A stretch of 35,089 bases of DNA, taken from positions 1 to 35,089 of the forward strand of contig LIZR01000006.1 of NCBI GenBank assembly GCA_001302825.1, given 5' to 3'. The notes below the pieces were generated by a model. The model was not told the origin of the DNA, ran no database searches, and saw nothing but the letters and a program-made list of their open reading frames with translations. The first letter of the stretch is position 1. Each line of letters begins with the position of its first letter. Origin of the DNA: Planctomycetes bacterium DG_23. GTDB taxonomy: Bacteria; Planctomycetota; DG-23. Positions 1 through 10,687 of the stretch are shown in pieces. Position numbers and translations under genes: made by a program.

Positions 1-262
1 TTTTCATAAACGATGACATTGCAGGGAAGCATAAGTCCAATATTTTCCTCGGCAAGAATGGCCTGGTAGGCATTAGCAGGATTACAGGCCCCCAATATCA
101 CATACTTTTCAAAATCAATGCCCAATTTTTCTTTTAACTTCTCCTGGACATCAATTTTAGTTAGCACTCCGAAGTCTTCTTTCTTCAACTGCTCTGTAAC
201 AACTTCTATCGCTTTTTCTAAAGGAATGTTCAACTCTTTGGTAAAGCCCCATAATTAATCAT
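1..262 (-). pseudogene. DUF302 domain protein, runs off the window edge, with an apparent frameshift in the G-run at 247-250
   Basis: Hand translation: SD AGGAGG (268-273), then ATG at 262 gives MINY. The DUF302-like frame (GFTKELNIPLEKAIEVV...FGVLTKIDV...ILGACNP...IGLMLPCNVIVYE) is a different frame, with TAA at 255-257 upstream of it. Not in the supplied ORF track. Could be a sequencing error. Confidence 0.75.
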
Positions 263-473
263 TTTTTCCTCCTGGGCCGGGAGGTTGCGGCGACCGACTA
301 ATTTTTTCTCCCTCGACTCTTTGGCTTGCTTCATTGGTCTATTTTCGCGGGTTCGCGAAAAAATCCCCTTCTTTATTAAATAATACACTTTTGCGTCTTT
401 GTCAACAATTTAGAATGGACAAAAGTAGTGTGTTCATCATTAGCCATAGGTTACCGCATATCACTTTTTCAAA

Positions 474-3089
474 TTAAATACTTTTCCTATACCTTCTCAT
501 AAGCAGCGAATTGGAGACCACCGAGACCGAACTGAAGGCCATCGCTGCACCAGCGATCATAGGGTTTAATAAGAATCCAGTAAAGGGGTAAAGAACCCCA
601 GCGGCGATAGGAATACCGGCTGAATTGTAAAAAAATGCCCAGAAGAGATTCTGTTTTATCTTTTTCATTGCATAGCGAGATAAGTCCATAGCCATAACCA
701 CATCTCTGAGGTCGTCTTTGATGAGCACGACATCGCCCGACTCAATGGCCACATCCGTTCCGGTGCCGATAGCCAGGCCAATGTCAGCCTGAGTTAGAGC
801 CGGGGCGTCGTTTATGCCATCGCCGACCATAGCCACTTTCAGCCCTTCCTCTTGAAGTTTCTTAATTTCTTGGGCCTTATTTTGTGGAAGGACTTCGGCA
901 AGGACTCTATCGATACCGACCTGCCTGGCTATGGCCTCTCCGGTCCGTTTATTGTCGCCGGTTATCATAATGACTTGCTTACCCATCTCTTTGAGCTTTG
1001 CCACGGCTTCTTTAGAAAATTCCTTCAAGGTGTCAGCAACGGCAACCATCCCCAGCAGTCTGTGATTGGTGGCGAACAACATCACCGTTTTGCCTTCGCC
1101 TTGCAATCTTTCCAGATCCTGGGTAGCCCCGGATATATCTATGTTTCTATCTTCCATCAGGCCTCTATTGCCCAGTAATATCTCATCACCGTCAATTTTG
1201 GCCGCAACCCCTCTGCCGGTCATGGATGCAAAATCACGCACATCCCGCAATCGCACATTCTTTTGCTGGGCCGCCTTTACGATGGCTTCGCCAAGCGGGT
1301 GCTCAGAATTTTTCTCTACCGAAGCGGCTAAAGACAAAACTTCTTCTTCAGGCACGCCGTAGGCTATAACATCGGTTAATTCAGGTTGACCTTTGGTTAA
1401 GGTGCCTGTCTTATCAAACACTATGGCATTGATTTGGTGAGCGTTTTGCAATGACTCTGCGCTTTTTATCAATATGCCGTTTTCCGCACCTATTCCCGTG
1501 CCTACCATAACCGCCGTTGGGGTAGCCAGGCCCAGGGCACAAGGGCAGGCGATAATCAATACCGCGATAAATATGGTTAAGGCGAAGAGGAAATTTGCAC
1601 CCGCAAGCAACCACACAACGAAAGCCACAGTCCCGATAATAACCACTGCTGGAACAAAATAGGCGGAGACTTTATCGGCAAACTGCTGAATGGGAGCTTT
1701 GGAACCCTGGGCTTCTTCGACAAGTTTTACAATCTGGGCTAAAGCGGTATCTTTGCCGACTTTGGTGGCCTTGAATTTGAAACTTCCCGTCTTATTTATG
1801 GTGGCGCCGATGACCTCGCTTCCTTCGGATTTTTCAACCGGGATGCTTTCACCGGTAATCATCGATTCGTCAACGCTTGAATATCCTTCTGTTAATATTC
1901 CGTCAACAGGAATTTTCTGACCGGGCTTAACAATAACAATATCGCCAACTGTCATTTCTTCCACGGGAATTTCTTGCTCCTGGCCATTTCTCAGGACAAA
2001 GGCGGTCATTGCCTGAAGCCCCATAAGTTTTCTAATGGCTTCTGAGGTTTTGCCTTTGGCAATAGCCTCAAGTAGTTTACCCAAAAGAATGAAAGCGATG
2101 AGGAATCCGGCAATTTCATAATAGAGATTTCGCATAGTGAAAGCAGTACTGCCTAACCACATAGCCGCTGAAACATATAAACTGTAGAGATAAGCCGCAC
2201 CCACCCCTAAGGCCACCAGGGTATCCATATTGGCGGTTTTAGTTTTAATTAGTGCCAAAATCCCCCTGGTGAAAAATTGATAACCGGCAAGCATAATAGG
2301 GGTGGCCAGAAGGAACTGTATAAGTGCCATATGTTGTATCATAAATGGAGCAAGGGGAAGTTTGAGTCCAGTAGCCATAGCAAAATACATAAGTGGAGAT
2401 GCCAGGATGATAGATATGGTGAATCTAATCTTAAGGGACCTAACTTCCTTTTGTCGCGCTTCTTTTTCTGCATCGACCGTAACTTCTTCTTCCTCAATAG
2501 GCGTGTAACCCGCCGCTTTTATGGTTTCTTTGATCCTATCCGAGGACAAAACCGAACTGTCGTAATGGATGGTCGCTTTTTGGTTAACAAATAGGTCTTT
2601 TTTTACTATGCCGTGAAGGCTTCTTAGAGCGCCGTCTACTGTGCCCAGGCAATGGGGATTATCCATACCAATAACTTTAAGTTTTAAAGTGGCTTTACCT
2701 TTAACTTCGGGAGTTTCCTTGGGCTCGATGGTTTTGTATCCGGCCTGAGCAATGGTTTGGTGCAACTCGTCCAGAGTAGTCTTTGCGGGGTCATATTCAA
2801 CATAGGCCTTTTCGCTGCTGAAGTTGACCCTGGCGTCTGATACTCCGGGAGTTTTTTTTAGTGCATTTTCTATGGTTAGCACACAACTTGCGCAATGCAT
2901 ACCTACGATGCCAATTATGGCCCTATTTTTGGAAGGCAGTTGGGCTTGGGGTTTGAGTGGCTCTTCTTTCTTGCCCAAGAACTTATCCCGGCAAACCTTG
3001 CTGCAAAAAAAATAGACTTCGCCGTCTTTTTCTGCCTTGAGGGCTTTTCTTTCGTCTACTTCCATTCCACAAATGGGGTCCTTGGGCAT
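474..3089 (-). CDS. copA: Copper-translocating P1B-type ATPase with N-terminal YHS/TRASH domain and two HMA-like domains
   Basis: KDPICGM...YFFCSKVC (YHS/TRASH), GMHCASC (HMA), [33 protein letters not shown] and MAFSS motifs of the Cu(I) P1B-1 subgroup. Confidence 0.95.
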   Translation of the reverse strand: MPKDPICGMEVDERKALKAEKDGEVYFFCSKVCRDKFLGKKEEPLKPQAQLPSKNRAIIGIVGMHCASCVLTIENALKKTPGVSDARVNFSSEKAYVEYDPAKTTLDELHQTIAQAGYKTIEPKETPEVKGKATLKLKVIGMDNPHCLGTVDGALRSLHGIVKKDLFVNQKATIHYDSSVLSSDRIKETIKAAGYTPIEEEEVTVDAEKEARQKEVRSLKIRFTISIILASPLMYFAMATGLKLPLAPFMIQHMALIQFLLATPIMLAGYQFFTRGILALIKTKTANMDTLVALGVGAAYLYSLYVSAAMWLGSTAFTMRNLYYEIAGFLIAFILLGKLLEAIAKGKTSEAIRKLMGLQAMTAFVLRNGQEQEIPVEEMTVGDIVIVKPGQKIPVDGILTEGYSSVDESMITGESIPVEKSEGSEVIGATINKTGSFKFKATKVGKDTALAQIVKLVEEAQGSKAPIQQFADKVSAYFVPAVVIIGTVAFVVWLLAGANFLFALTIFIAVLIIACPCALGLATPTAVMVGTGIGAENGILIKSAESLQNAHQINAIVFDKTGTLTKGQPELTDVIAYGVPEEEVLSLAASVEKNSEHPLGEAIVKAAQQKNVRLRDVRDFASMTGRGVAAKIDGDEILLGNRGLMEDRNIDISGATQDLERLQGEGKTVMLFATNHRLLGMVAVADTLKEFSKEAVAKLKEMGKQVIMITGDNKRTGEAIARQVGIDRVLAEVLPQNKAQEIKKLQEEGLKVAMVGDGINDAPALTQADIGLAIGTGTDVAIESGDVVLIKDDLRDVVMAMDLSRYAMKKIKQNLFWAFFYNSAGIPIAAGVLYPFTGFLLNPMIAGAAMAFSSVSVVSNSLLMRRYRKSI

Positions 3090-3340
3090 AATGCTTTTCC
3101 TTCTCTAAGAAGCAGCAAACTGCATTCTATATTCCAAAGTCCAAAGACAAGGTTTATAAGCATTCGGGGTAAGATAACAAGATTATTTTGAAAAGGCCTT
3201 ATAAGGAGGGGAAAGTTTTGGTGCGAGCTAACCACTCACAAGAAAAGCCCGTGGGACGCAAAGAGAGTCTGGGCCAAAATTCAGAGTGTAAAAGTGAAAT
3301 GTCAGTTAACCTTGTCTTTTTCTTCTTTCTACTCCTCTTG

Positions 3341-3772
3341 CTACTTCTCTTCTCCCTCCTCTTTTTCCACTTCCTCCTTTTCTTCGGTTTCAGCAGCAGG
3401 GTCTTCTGAAGTTATATCTTCAATCGTTTCTTCAATGATTTTCTTCGAATGTCCCATCCAGGTTCTAACCACGGGTATCCGGTGGCCAAATTTTATAACT
3501 GCCGCGATAAGCAAGACAAGGATACCCACTGTCAGAAGCCCCTGAGAGACAAGCTTTCCGCGCCTCTTTTTAATTTTGTCCACCACCTCGCCCAATCTGG
3601 AGGGCGCAGAGCCAGATCCAGGAGTGTAATCCACTGAAAGAACGGTTCCCCGTTCTATGCGGGGAACAATTATCACCTGCCCGCAGGTCGGACATCTGCC
3701 TCTCTTGCCCGCATATTTTTCATCCACGCTCAACCGTTTACCACAACTGAAACATCTCAGTTTTACATCCAT
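3341..3772 (-). CDS. Hypothetical single-pass membrane protein with N-terminal zinc ribbon and acidic tail
   Basis: CFSCG...CPTCG zinc ribbon, one hydrophobic segment (LLTVGILVLLIAAVI), Glu-rich C-terminus; GGAG upstream of the ATG. Confidence 0.75.
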   Translation of the reverse strand: MDVKLRCFSCGKRLSVDEKYAGKRGRCPTCGQVIIVPRIERGTVLSVDYTPGSGSAPSRLGEVVDKIKKRRGKLVSQGLLTVGILVLLIAAVIKFGHRIPVVRTWMGHSKKIIEETIEDITSEDPAAETEEKEEVEKEEGEEK

Positions 3773-3851
3773 CTCTTTCTCTCCAGGGGGAGGAAGGCAC
3801 TAACACGCCACAACGAAGTGAAAAAAATAACCCAATTTCGGATATGTTCAA

Positions 3852-4082
3852 TTATCCGTTCATTCGAGCCGTAGGAGTATCATCCGCCAAGATGCGAGCA
3901 GGAAGCAAAAATGCCTCTGGACTTTCAGTTTTCTCCTGTTTTTTTATAAAATGCTCGTGGTTCGGGGGGACAAATTTTTGGCATTCGATGCAAAATTTGC
4001 TCTGGGGAGAAGCGCATCCAGTGAAAAAAGCGAGCAGAATCCCCGCCAGAGCCATCCAAGAGGAAAGCCTCTTCATAGCCAT
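3852..4082 (-). CDS. Small putative lipoprotein (76 aa)
   Basis: Start moved to ATG 4082 (SD GGAGGT at 4089-4094). MAMKR, a hydrophobic stretch and lipobox FTGC; the mature part has CIEC and HEH. Confidence 0.6.
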   Translation of the reverse strand: MAMKRLSSWMALAGILLAFFTGCASPQSKFCIECQKFVPPNHEHFIKKQEKTESPEAFLLPARILADDTPTARMNG

Positions 4083-4150
4083 AATTGCACCTCCCTCATG
4101 GCTGATGTGACCCCGCCCGCCCCCCAAAAGTGCCTCGTATTAAAAACAAT

Positions 4151-4178
4151 ATTATACCAATTTCTCACTCACAGTCAA
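4151..4178 (-). promoter_or_regulatory. Sigma70-type promoter for the small lipoprotein gene
   Basis: TTGACT-N16-TATAAT with TG extension on the minus strand. Confidence 0.6.
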
Positions 4179-4288
4179 CACAAAAATTCTTATTTCTTTT
4201 CTCTCTTAGCAGAATAAATGCAAATTTTCTTCCATCGCAGGGCCTATTCTCTTATAATTTCGATGCGAGGAGGCGTTTTAGGCAAAAA

Positions 4289-5971
4289 ATGGAAGAAATT
4301 GCATTTCTGCTTAGGCTGCGGGCCAGGATTGCGGCCAACACCGTGGCCAAGGTTCTGAGCACCGCTAAACTCAGAAGCGCAATGGTAGTGGGATTTTGTG
4401 TCGTTTTCTGGGGTACCCTTTTCCTGACCTTCTGTCGCGGTTTCCTCTTCCTGGATAAATTTCCCTTTTTCAAAGAACGGGTGGTGGAATATCTATTTTC
4501 ACTTTTCTTCTTTTTCCTATTTTTGATGCTTATCTTTTCCAATGCCATTATCAGTTTTTCCAGCCTGTTCCGCTCCGACGAAGTGGGGTTCTTGCTGGGG
4601 TTGCCCCTCTGCGGCGAGAATGTATTTTTATATAAGTTCGTGGAATCGGTGGCCTTCAGTTCCTGGGCATTTCTTTTGCTGGGGATGCCGGTGATGATTG
4701 CCTATGGTCTGACGGAAGGGGTAGGGTTTATCTTTTATGTTTTCGTCTTTTTCTTTCTTCTGGGATTTATCTTCTTACCCGCGGGCTTGGGCTCTTTAAT
4801 AGCGCTTCTTCTGGTTTCCTTTTTTCAAAGGCGAAAGAAACATATCCTGGCGCTCTTTCTAATTCTGGCAGGGGCGTTTTTGTCTGTGGGTCTTGGCCGC
4901 ATAATCCTTCAGGCGAAGTCGGAATTTACTTTTTCCGGGATATGGGTTAAAGGCCTTCTGGATAGGTTCAGTTTCAGTAAGAACGCTTTTCTGCCCAGTC
5001 ACTGGCTCACTCAGGGAACCCTGGCCTTAGCCCGGGGCAAAGGCTCGGATGCGCTGCTTTATTTCGCGGTGATTATCGCCAACGCTCTTTTACTTACCCT
5101 CATAATTTATCAGGTGGCGAGTAGAATCTATGCTTTCAGTTGGTCCAAATCGCAAGGACGCACCGGCAAGAGGCCCCTGAGTATCGGCCGCTTCTGGGAT
5201 AGGATTTTGGAGAAGGCGTTTTTCTATCTTAGCCCCGGGGCCCGACTGCTTTTGCTGAAGGACTTCAAGACCTTTCGTCGTGACCCGGCACAATGGGGCC
5301 AATTTCTCATATTTTTTGGGCTCCTGGGTGTTTATGTTCTGAATCTGCGCACCTTTGCCTATCACCGTGCGGAAACTAACTGGAAGAGCATAGTCTCTTT
5401 TCTTAATCTCTCGGCCACGGCGCTGACTCTGGCCACCTTCAACAGCCGTTTTATCTATCCACTTCTTTCGCTGGAGGGCCGAAGGTTCTGGATTCTGGCT
5501 TTGGCACCGGTGGAAAGAAAGGCGATGCTTCTGGGCAAATTTGCTTACTCGCTTGTGGGCTCTCTGTTGGTGAGCGTTGGCCTTATATTTCTTTCGGATT
5601 TTATGCTTCAGATGCCATTTTTCGTGGTTGCTATCCACGCGGGGACTATGTTTTTGATTTGTTTTGGCCTTTCAGGAATAACGGTAGGTTTGGCGGCGAT
5701 TTATCCCAATCTAAAGGAGGAAAATCCATCGAAGATTGTGGCAGGATTTGGCGGGACCTTTACTTTTCTTTTGAGTCTGGCCTTTATCATGGCCGTGATA
5801 TCTCTGGAGATACTTCCTTTTCACCTATACCTCGCTTCCAGGCGGATAACAGAAGCGGCCTTTGGACGATGGCTATTGATAGCCTTTGCCGTGGCCATAG
5901 GTATTACCTTTCTCGTTTCCTATGCACCTTTGGTCTTGGGGATTAGGGCTTTTAAAAGGATGGAATTTTAA
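4289..5971 (+). CDS. Putative ABC transporter permease (multi-pass, export type)
   Basis: Many TM segments in two halves; motifs LF.SDEVGFLLGLP, KDFKTFRRDPAQW, SLEGRRFWIL.LAP. Start moved to ATG 4289 because the upstream extension overlaps promoter DNA. Confidence 0.8.
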   Translation: MEEIAFLLRLRARIAANTVAKVLSTAKLRSAMVVGFCVVFWGTLFLTFCRGFLFLDKFPFFKERVVEYLFSLFFFFLFLMLIFSNAIISFSSLFRSDEVGFLLGLPLCGENVFLYKFVESVAFSSWAFLLLGMPVMIAYGLTEGVGFIFYVFVFFFLLGFIFLPAGLGSLIALLLVSFFQRRKKHILALFLILAGAFLSVGLGRIILQAKSEFTFSGIWVKGLLDRFSFSKNAFLPSHWLTQGTLALARGKGSDALLYFAVIIANALLLTLIIYQVASRIYAFSWSKSQGRTGKRPLSIGRFWDRILEKAFFYLSPGARLLLLKDFKTFRRDPAQWGQFLIFFGLLGVYVLNLRTFAYHRAETNWKSIVSFLNLSATALTLATFNSRFIYPLLSLEGRRFWILALAPVERKAMLLGKFAYSLVGSLLVSVGLIFLSDFMLQMPFFVVAIHAGTMFLICFGLSGITVGLAAIYPNLKEENPSKIVAGFGGTFTFLLSLAFIMAVISLEILPFHLYLASRRITEAAFGRWLLIAFAVAIGITFLVSYAPLVLGIRAFKRMEF

Positions 5972-8183
5972 GGCGGGCCAAATATCTTAAGAGCTCCCTT
6001 ATCCGACTCATCTCCTCTTTTTTCAGGTTCTCTCGGCCAAAGCGGACCCTGTAGAAGGCCTCGGTTATTTCGCTTACCGGCCGAAGGGTTTCGCCCGCCC
6101 GAGAGATAATATGTCGGGCAAATTCCATAGGCGTGAAGGTGGGTTCTCTCTTGAAGCCTTTGCGAGAGAGGATGAGCAGCAGTTGGCGGTAAAATTTCAC
6201 TTGAGGATAAGGCAGGTATACTGTTGCGTGAGACTTGAAGAATTTGAAAACAATGATAAACGGCCTCATTATCGCCCAGCGGAAAAACAAGACGAATAAC
6301 ACAGCGGCAGTGAGGAGGGAAAGCCCAATTACGGTTATTAAGGGGCCTGTCCAGGATGCCCCCAAGGGGGTTATGCGGCGGCCACCGATCAGAAAACGCC
6401 CCCTCCTCAATCTTCCGCCAAGGATTCTTCGGCCCAAGGCGTTACTTGCCCTTTCCACTGCTTTGTAGACCTTAGCCTGATATTCTTCATAGCCTATGAT
6501 GTACGAATACCAGCGAATCTCCAGCAAATCGAGCAGTTGCCTGAAATTTCCTATCCAGGGCAAGGAAGGGCCGGGAAGCGCCGGCGACCCCATAAGAGGA
6601 GACGGGTCAAAAGTAATCCAGCCTATGTCCGGGAAATAGACCTCCACCCAAGAGTGGGCGTCGTTTTGGCGAATTAGATAGGAGTCGCCGAGTCGATTCC
6701 ACTCGCCATTTCTGAAGCCATTTACCAGTCGGCAAGGAACACCCAAGGAGCGAAGGAGCACAACCATAGCGGAGGCGAAATATTCACAGTGGCCCTCCTT
6801 TAAGTTAAAAAGGAAATCTTCCACCGGCTCAACATCCAGGCTGTGGCGGATATTGAAAGTATAATGATAGTTTGCGCTCAAGAACATCTCGATGGCCCTG
6901 GCTTTGTCAAAGGGGGTGGGGTACTTGTCGTCGGGGGCGGCTTCCCGGGCCAGTGCGTAAACCCGCGGCGAAATTTGCTCAGGCAGAGGTAAGTATTGCC
7001 GGACAATATGCATAGGATAGTTACTTGGTGCAGAGCGAAGATCCTCTTCCAGAGGTCTGGGGATGCGAGATACTACCTTATATTTCAAGGGAAACCACCG
7101 GTCATGCGCAGTGGTCAAGACCTCGCTCGTTTCGCAATATTCAATGCTATGTAGTGCGGTACTCTCAAAGCGAATCGGAGCATAAAGTGAGAACACGATT
7201 CTTGAATCCAACGGTTGAAGAATAACTTCTTGCGTAATGTCTTCTACAGGGCAATTAGGCAATCGACGAATTAAGGAAAGCGGAACTTTCTCCGTGCTGT
7301 AATAACGACCTCGGCCTCTTCCGTCCTGAAATTCTTCCCAGGCAGAACCATCATAATTTTGAAATGAAATCCCTCGCCAGTAGAGGTCGTCCTTGGGAAT
7401 ATAGGGTTTGTCATCTTTATAGAGACTTACCGCCATCACCGGGTCTGTCTTTTCCAAGATTTGCCCTATATCATCCAGTTCTACTTCCTCCGAAAAACCG
7501 GTAACAAGCACTGCGGGGACAGGGGTTTTGGTTACCCGGGCATGCCAGATAGCAGCAGTAAACCGTGGGAAAAAGACAAAAGTCAGAAATACCATTGGTA
7601 AGCCAAGACTGAATATGGTGACCAGAGTGCTGCTGAAGCCCCCTAAAGGCCTTTTTATATAAAGGGCCTTTCCCACGCTCCCTTTTCTTTCCATCTCCTC
7701 TTGGATATCTTCTCGGGTTCTTTTATCCTGAAAGACTATCAGGACATAAGCAGCGAGCAACGCATAGAACAGAAGAAAGGGCAGGTAATACATCTTCACC
7801 GTGAGGATAGCAGCGACCATAATGTTTATTAAACTTATAAGCATTAGGAGGCCATAATCCCGCTGCTTTTTCTTTTGCAAAAGCTTGATGATAGTCACAT
7901 AGACAAGAAAATGGCTCATACTTTTTATAAAGTCATAGATGATAAAATATTCAACGACGGCGCCTATGAAACCTGCTACCGTTAACCAGGAAGCCACCCC
8001 TTCTTCAATGTTGGCGTCTTTCTTTTCTATATACCAACACGCAGTAAAGCAAACAAAAACAAAGAGGCTAAAGTATATTGAACCCTGAGCCACGGTCATA
8101 ACAAGCGCGGCCAGACCGATGAGCAGATATAGAGAAAATCTGAAATTAAGACTTCTTCTAATTTGTCCGATAATTTGCTTCAC
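5952..8183 (-). CDS. Membrane transglutaminase-like protein (TgpA/DUF3488 + transglutaminase core + DUF4129)
   Basis: N-terminal TM bundle, LYWRG, catalytic triad motifs GHCEYFASAM, AHSWVEVY, WITFDP; typical third gene after moxR-DUF58. Confidence 0.9.
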   Translation of the reverse strand: MKQIIGQIRRSLNFRFSLYLLIGLAALVMTVAQGSIYFSLFVFVCFTACWYIEKKDANIEEGVASWLTVAGFIGAVVEYFIIYDFIKSMSHFLVYVTIIKLLQKKKQRDYGLLMLISLINIMVAAILTVKMYYLPFLLFYALLAAYVLIVFQDKRTREDIQEEMERKGSVGKALYIKRPLGGFSSTLVTIFSLGLPMVFLTFVFFPRFTAAIWHARVTKTPVPAVLVTGFSEEVELDDIGQILEKTDPVMAVSLYKDDKPYIPKDDLYWRGISFQNYDGSAWEEFQDGRGRGRYYSTEKVPLSLIRRLPNCPVEDITQEVILQPLDSRIVFSLYAPIRFESTALHSIEYCETSEVLTTAHDRWFPLKYKVVSRIPRPLEEDLRSAPSNYPMHIVRQYLPLPEQISPRVYALAREAAPDDKYPTPFDKARAIEMFLSANYHYTFNIRHSLDVEPVEDFLFNLKEGHCEYFASAMVVLLRSLGVPCRLVNGFRNGEWNRLGDSYLIRQNDAHSWVEVYFPDIGWITFDPSPLMGSPALPGPSLPWIGNFRQLLDLLEIRWYSYIIGYEEYQAKVYKAVERASNALGRRILGGRLRRGRFLIGGRRITPLGASWTGPLITVIGLSLLTAAVLFVLFFRWAIMRPFIIVFKFFKSHATVYLPYPQVKFYRQLLLILSRKGFKREPTFTPMEFARHIISRAGETLRPVSEITEAFYRVRFGRENLKKEEMSRIRELLRYLARLKIPSF

Positions 8184-9559
8184 GCGACCTTTTCTCCTGC
8201 TAATTCAGGGCTGCTCTTGAGGCTGAAAAGGGAATGGAAGAAAGGTGAAGATACATCTACAACTTTCACTGTGCCCGGTCGACCGCGAATTTGCCCCAGA
8301 GACTGGAACGCCGCTGCCTCTTCTTCCAAAATAACTGCCACCAAAAATGCAGTGTCAAACAATTCTCTTTCCACCAACCTGACTAAATCCCTCAAAGTAT
8401 ATTTGGAAGATGCTTCAAGAACAGCCAAGGTTCGAAGCAATCTATAGAAATGTGCCTGGCCTCTGCCGCCCGGGATCCCCACCAGCCCCTTACCCATTGC
8501 ATAAAATGAGTAAGCAATATGGGATTCCTCCAAGGCTCTTGCCAAGGTGGCCACAAAACTTATGGCCAATTCTAAGTTTTCTCTTCGATTATCTTCTGCA
8601 AGTTCAGGGATGAAGGTGTCCAGGAGGATACTTACCTCTTCTCGTTCGGAACGGTCGAATTCCTTGACCAGGGGCTTGGCCAGTTTGGCCGAACTTTTCC
8701 AATGTATATGGCGTGGGTTGTCCCCAGGACGATACTCCCGAAGACCGTAAAATTCCTCTTCCCCACCTTTGACAAAGGTCTTCACCGCGCCTGCGCTAAA
8801 TTTGGCCCCACCTGAAGGCATGATTGTTTGCTCAAGTTGGCCTAAACGGGGAAGAACCAACAGAGTTGCTTCACTGGGAATGCTTATGGCCCTTTCAAAG
8901 AAGCCAAAGGGAAAAGCAGTAGTTAGCTTGCAGGTGTTTAGAGTATAAAGGCCCCGGTGCGGGATTAGCCCGGTATAGGAAAGCGTCTGGCCAGAGCCAG
9001 GTGCCAGTTTGGAGAAGTAGACTTTGGCGGGCCAAATAGACGGATTACTGTTGGGAGCATCCTCAAAAAGAACGGAAAATGAACTTGCCCATCGCTTATT
9101 ATTTCTCAAAGTAACATCAACTTGGAAAGGTTCACCAGCAAAAACATCTACCGGAAGAAGCCTGGTTACTGCACTCTTGGAAAGAGGGCCTTTGGATACG
9201 AACCAGGAGGCCGCCATTGCCCCAAGTGTGAACCCCAGCACGAGATGCACAAGGTTGAGCCCGGACACCACGGCCATAGCACCTATACCGCAGGCGACCA
9301 GAGTCAAGATGCGACCGGACCTGGTTACCCTTAGCCTGCGAGCGAATTTTCCCCGGCGAAATATCAGCCCTGAGGGCCCACCTCCTAAGAGATGCAAAAC
9401 GCCAATGCCAAGTGCCAGGAGGAAAGAAATGCTGAAGATTTGCGGCGCACCTACGGCCAGACTTCCCGCCGACAGAAAAACAAAAAATAGAAAAAGCCAG
9501 CGCTTGTGACTGTCAAAAAGCGAGATAGTAAATTGAGAAAAGACCCTATTGGATTTCAC
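8180..9559 (-). CDS. DUF58 domain protein (MoxR-associated)
   Basis: FPFGFF and EFYGLREYRPGDNPRHIHWKSSAK motifs; N-terminal TMs; GTG start at 9559 chosen from SD GGAGGT (9569-9574); 4-bp overlap with the next gene. Confidence 0.9.
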   Translation of the reverse strand: MKSNRVFSQFTISLFDSHKRWLFLFFVFLSAGSLAVGAPQIFSISFLLALGIGVLHLLGGGPSGLIFRRGKFARRLRVTRSGRILTLVACGIGAMAVVSGLNLVHLVLGFTLGAMAASWFVSKGPLSKSAVTRLLPVDVFAGEPFQVDVTLRNNKRWASSFSVLFEDAPNSNPSIWPAKVYFSKLAPGSGQTLSYTGLIPHRGLYTLNTCKLTTAFPFGFFERAISIPSEATLLVLPRLGQLEQTIMPSGGAKFSAGAVKTFVKGGEEEFYGLREYRPGDNPRHIHWKSSAKLAKPLVKEFDRSEREEVSILLDTFIPELAEDNRRENLELAISFVATLARALEESHIAYSFYAMGKGLVGIPGGRGQAHFYRLLRTLAVLEASSKYTLRDLVRLVERELFDTAFLVAVILEEEAAAFQSLGQIRGRPGTVKVVDVSSPFFHSLFSLKSSPELAGEKVA

Positions 9560-9667
9560 CAGTCGGTTACCTCCGATTATCGCGCTGAGCAAACACCTTG
9601 CTCTGCAAGAAGGGGCTCAGGGCGCAGATAGCCGGCGCGAATGACTTTGAGGAAACCCCGCGGTGTC

Positions 9668-10606
9668 TTAAGCCCAGGCCATTTTTGCCGTAACTTGGTC
9701 GCGGATGGCAGTAACTATACGAATGGCCTCCGCACCCGGTCCGGTTCCTCTGGAGATTTTGTCCACCACGCGATGGGCCAAGACAGGCACAGCCAGCCGT
9801 TTCACATCGTCGGGGACGCAATAATTTCTTCCCTCAATTAGAGCGAGGGCCTGAGCGGCGCGGAATAGATTGAGATTTCCTCGTGGGCTCACCCCTATTT
9901 CCAACTCGTCCGAGTTTCGCGTCCCTTCTGCAATAGCCAGGATGTAATCGGCAATTGTTTCATCCACATTCACCTCTCTGACCCTTTGCTGAATCTCCAG
10001 CACCTGGTCGCTGGACATAACCGCCAGCAGGGAATCGAAGGGATGTCTTATCTTCTGGTCATATAAAACGCGCTTTTCATCATCCCAGCCGGGGTAGCCG
10101 ATGCGCAGCCGCAAGAGAAACCTGTCCAGTTGAGATTCGGGCAGAGAGAAAGTGCCCGTGAATTCAAAGGGGTTCTGTGTGGCGATGACCATAAAGGGTG
10201 AGGGAAGCGGATGTGAGACACCATCAACAGAGACATGGTAGTCATTCATTGCTTCCAGAAGACTCGACTGGGTGCGGGGAGTGGTGCGATTTATCTCATC
10301 GGCCAGTATAATGTTAGCGAAGATGGGACCCTTTTTGAACACAAACTCATCTCGCGGCGCGTTGAATATGGACACACCGATAATATCCGTAGGCAGTAAA
10401 TCCGGAGTAAATTGGATGCGCCTGAATGAACAGTGAATGGAACGAGCCAGGGTCCGAGCCAGAATGGTTTTTCCCACTCCGGGCACATCCTCAATGAGTA
10501 TGTGACCTCCAGAAAAAAGCCCCACCAAAACCACATCTACCACTTCATCTTTGCCAATAAAAACACGCTTGATATTCTCCCTAAGTATCTGAATGTCTTC
10601 GATCAC
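9668..10606 (-). CDS. moxR: MoxR family AAA+ ATPase
   Basis: HILIEDVPGVGKT, RIQFTPDLLPTDI, LADEINR, ATQNP, LPESQLDRF, GVSPR. Confidence 0.95.
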   Translation of the reverse strand: MIEDIQILRENIKRVFIGKDEVVDVVLVGLFSGGHILIEDVPGVGKTILARTLARSIHCSFRRIQFTPDLLPTDIIGVSIFNAPRDEFVFKKGPIFANIILADEINRTTPRTQSSLLEAMNDYHVSVDGVSHPLPSPFMVIATQNPFEFTGTFSLPESQLDRFLLRLRIGYPGWDDEKRVLYDQKIRHPFDSLLAVMSSDQVLEIQQRVREVNVDETIADYILAIAEGTRNSDELEIGVSPRGNLNLFRAAQALALIEGRNYCVPDDVKRLAVPVLAHRVVDKISRGTGPGAEAIRIVTAIRDQVTAKMAWA

Positions 10607-10687
10607 TGGATTTGCTCCAAGCCATAGACACCTCGCAGAATTTCTCTTCCCCCCAGTCCCCTTCTATGATAGAATATATTTACAGAG

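Noticed and set aside
342-361. Hairpin ttttcgcg-ggtt-cgcgaaaa as a copA terminator
   Set aside because: The GC stem is only about 4 bp and lies over 100 bp from the stop codon; it cannot be distinguished from chance or an operator.
5952-10606. moxR-DUF58-transglutaminase as a novel system
   Set aside because: This is a widely distributed, already described gene triad; nothing atypical seen.
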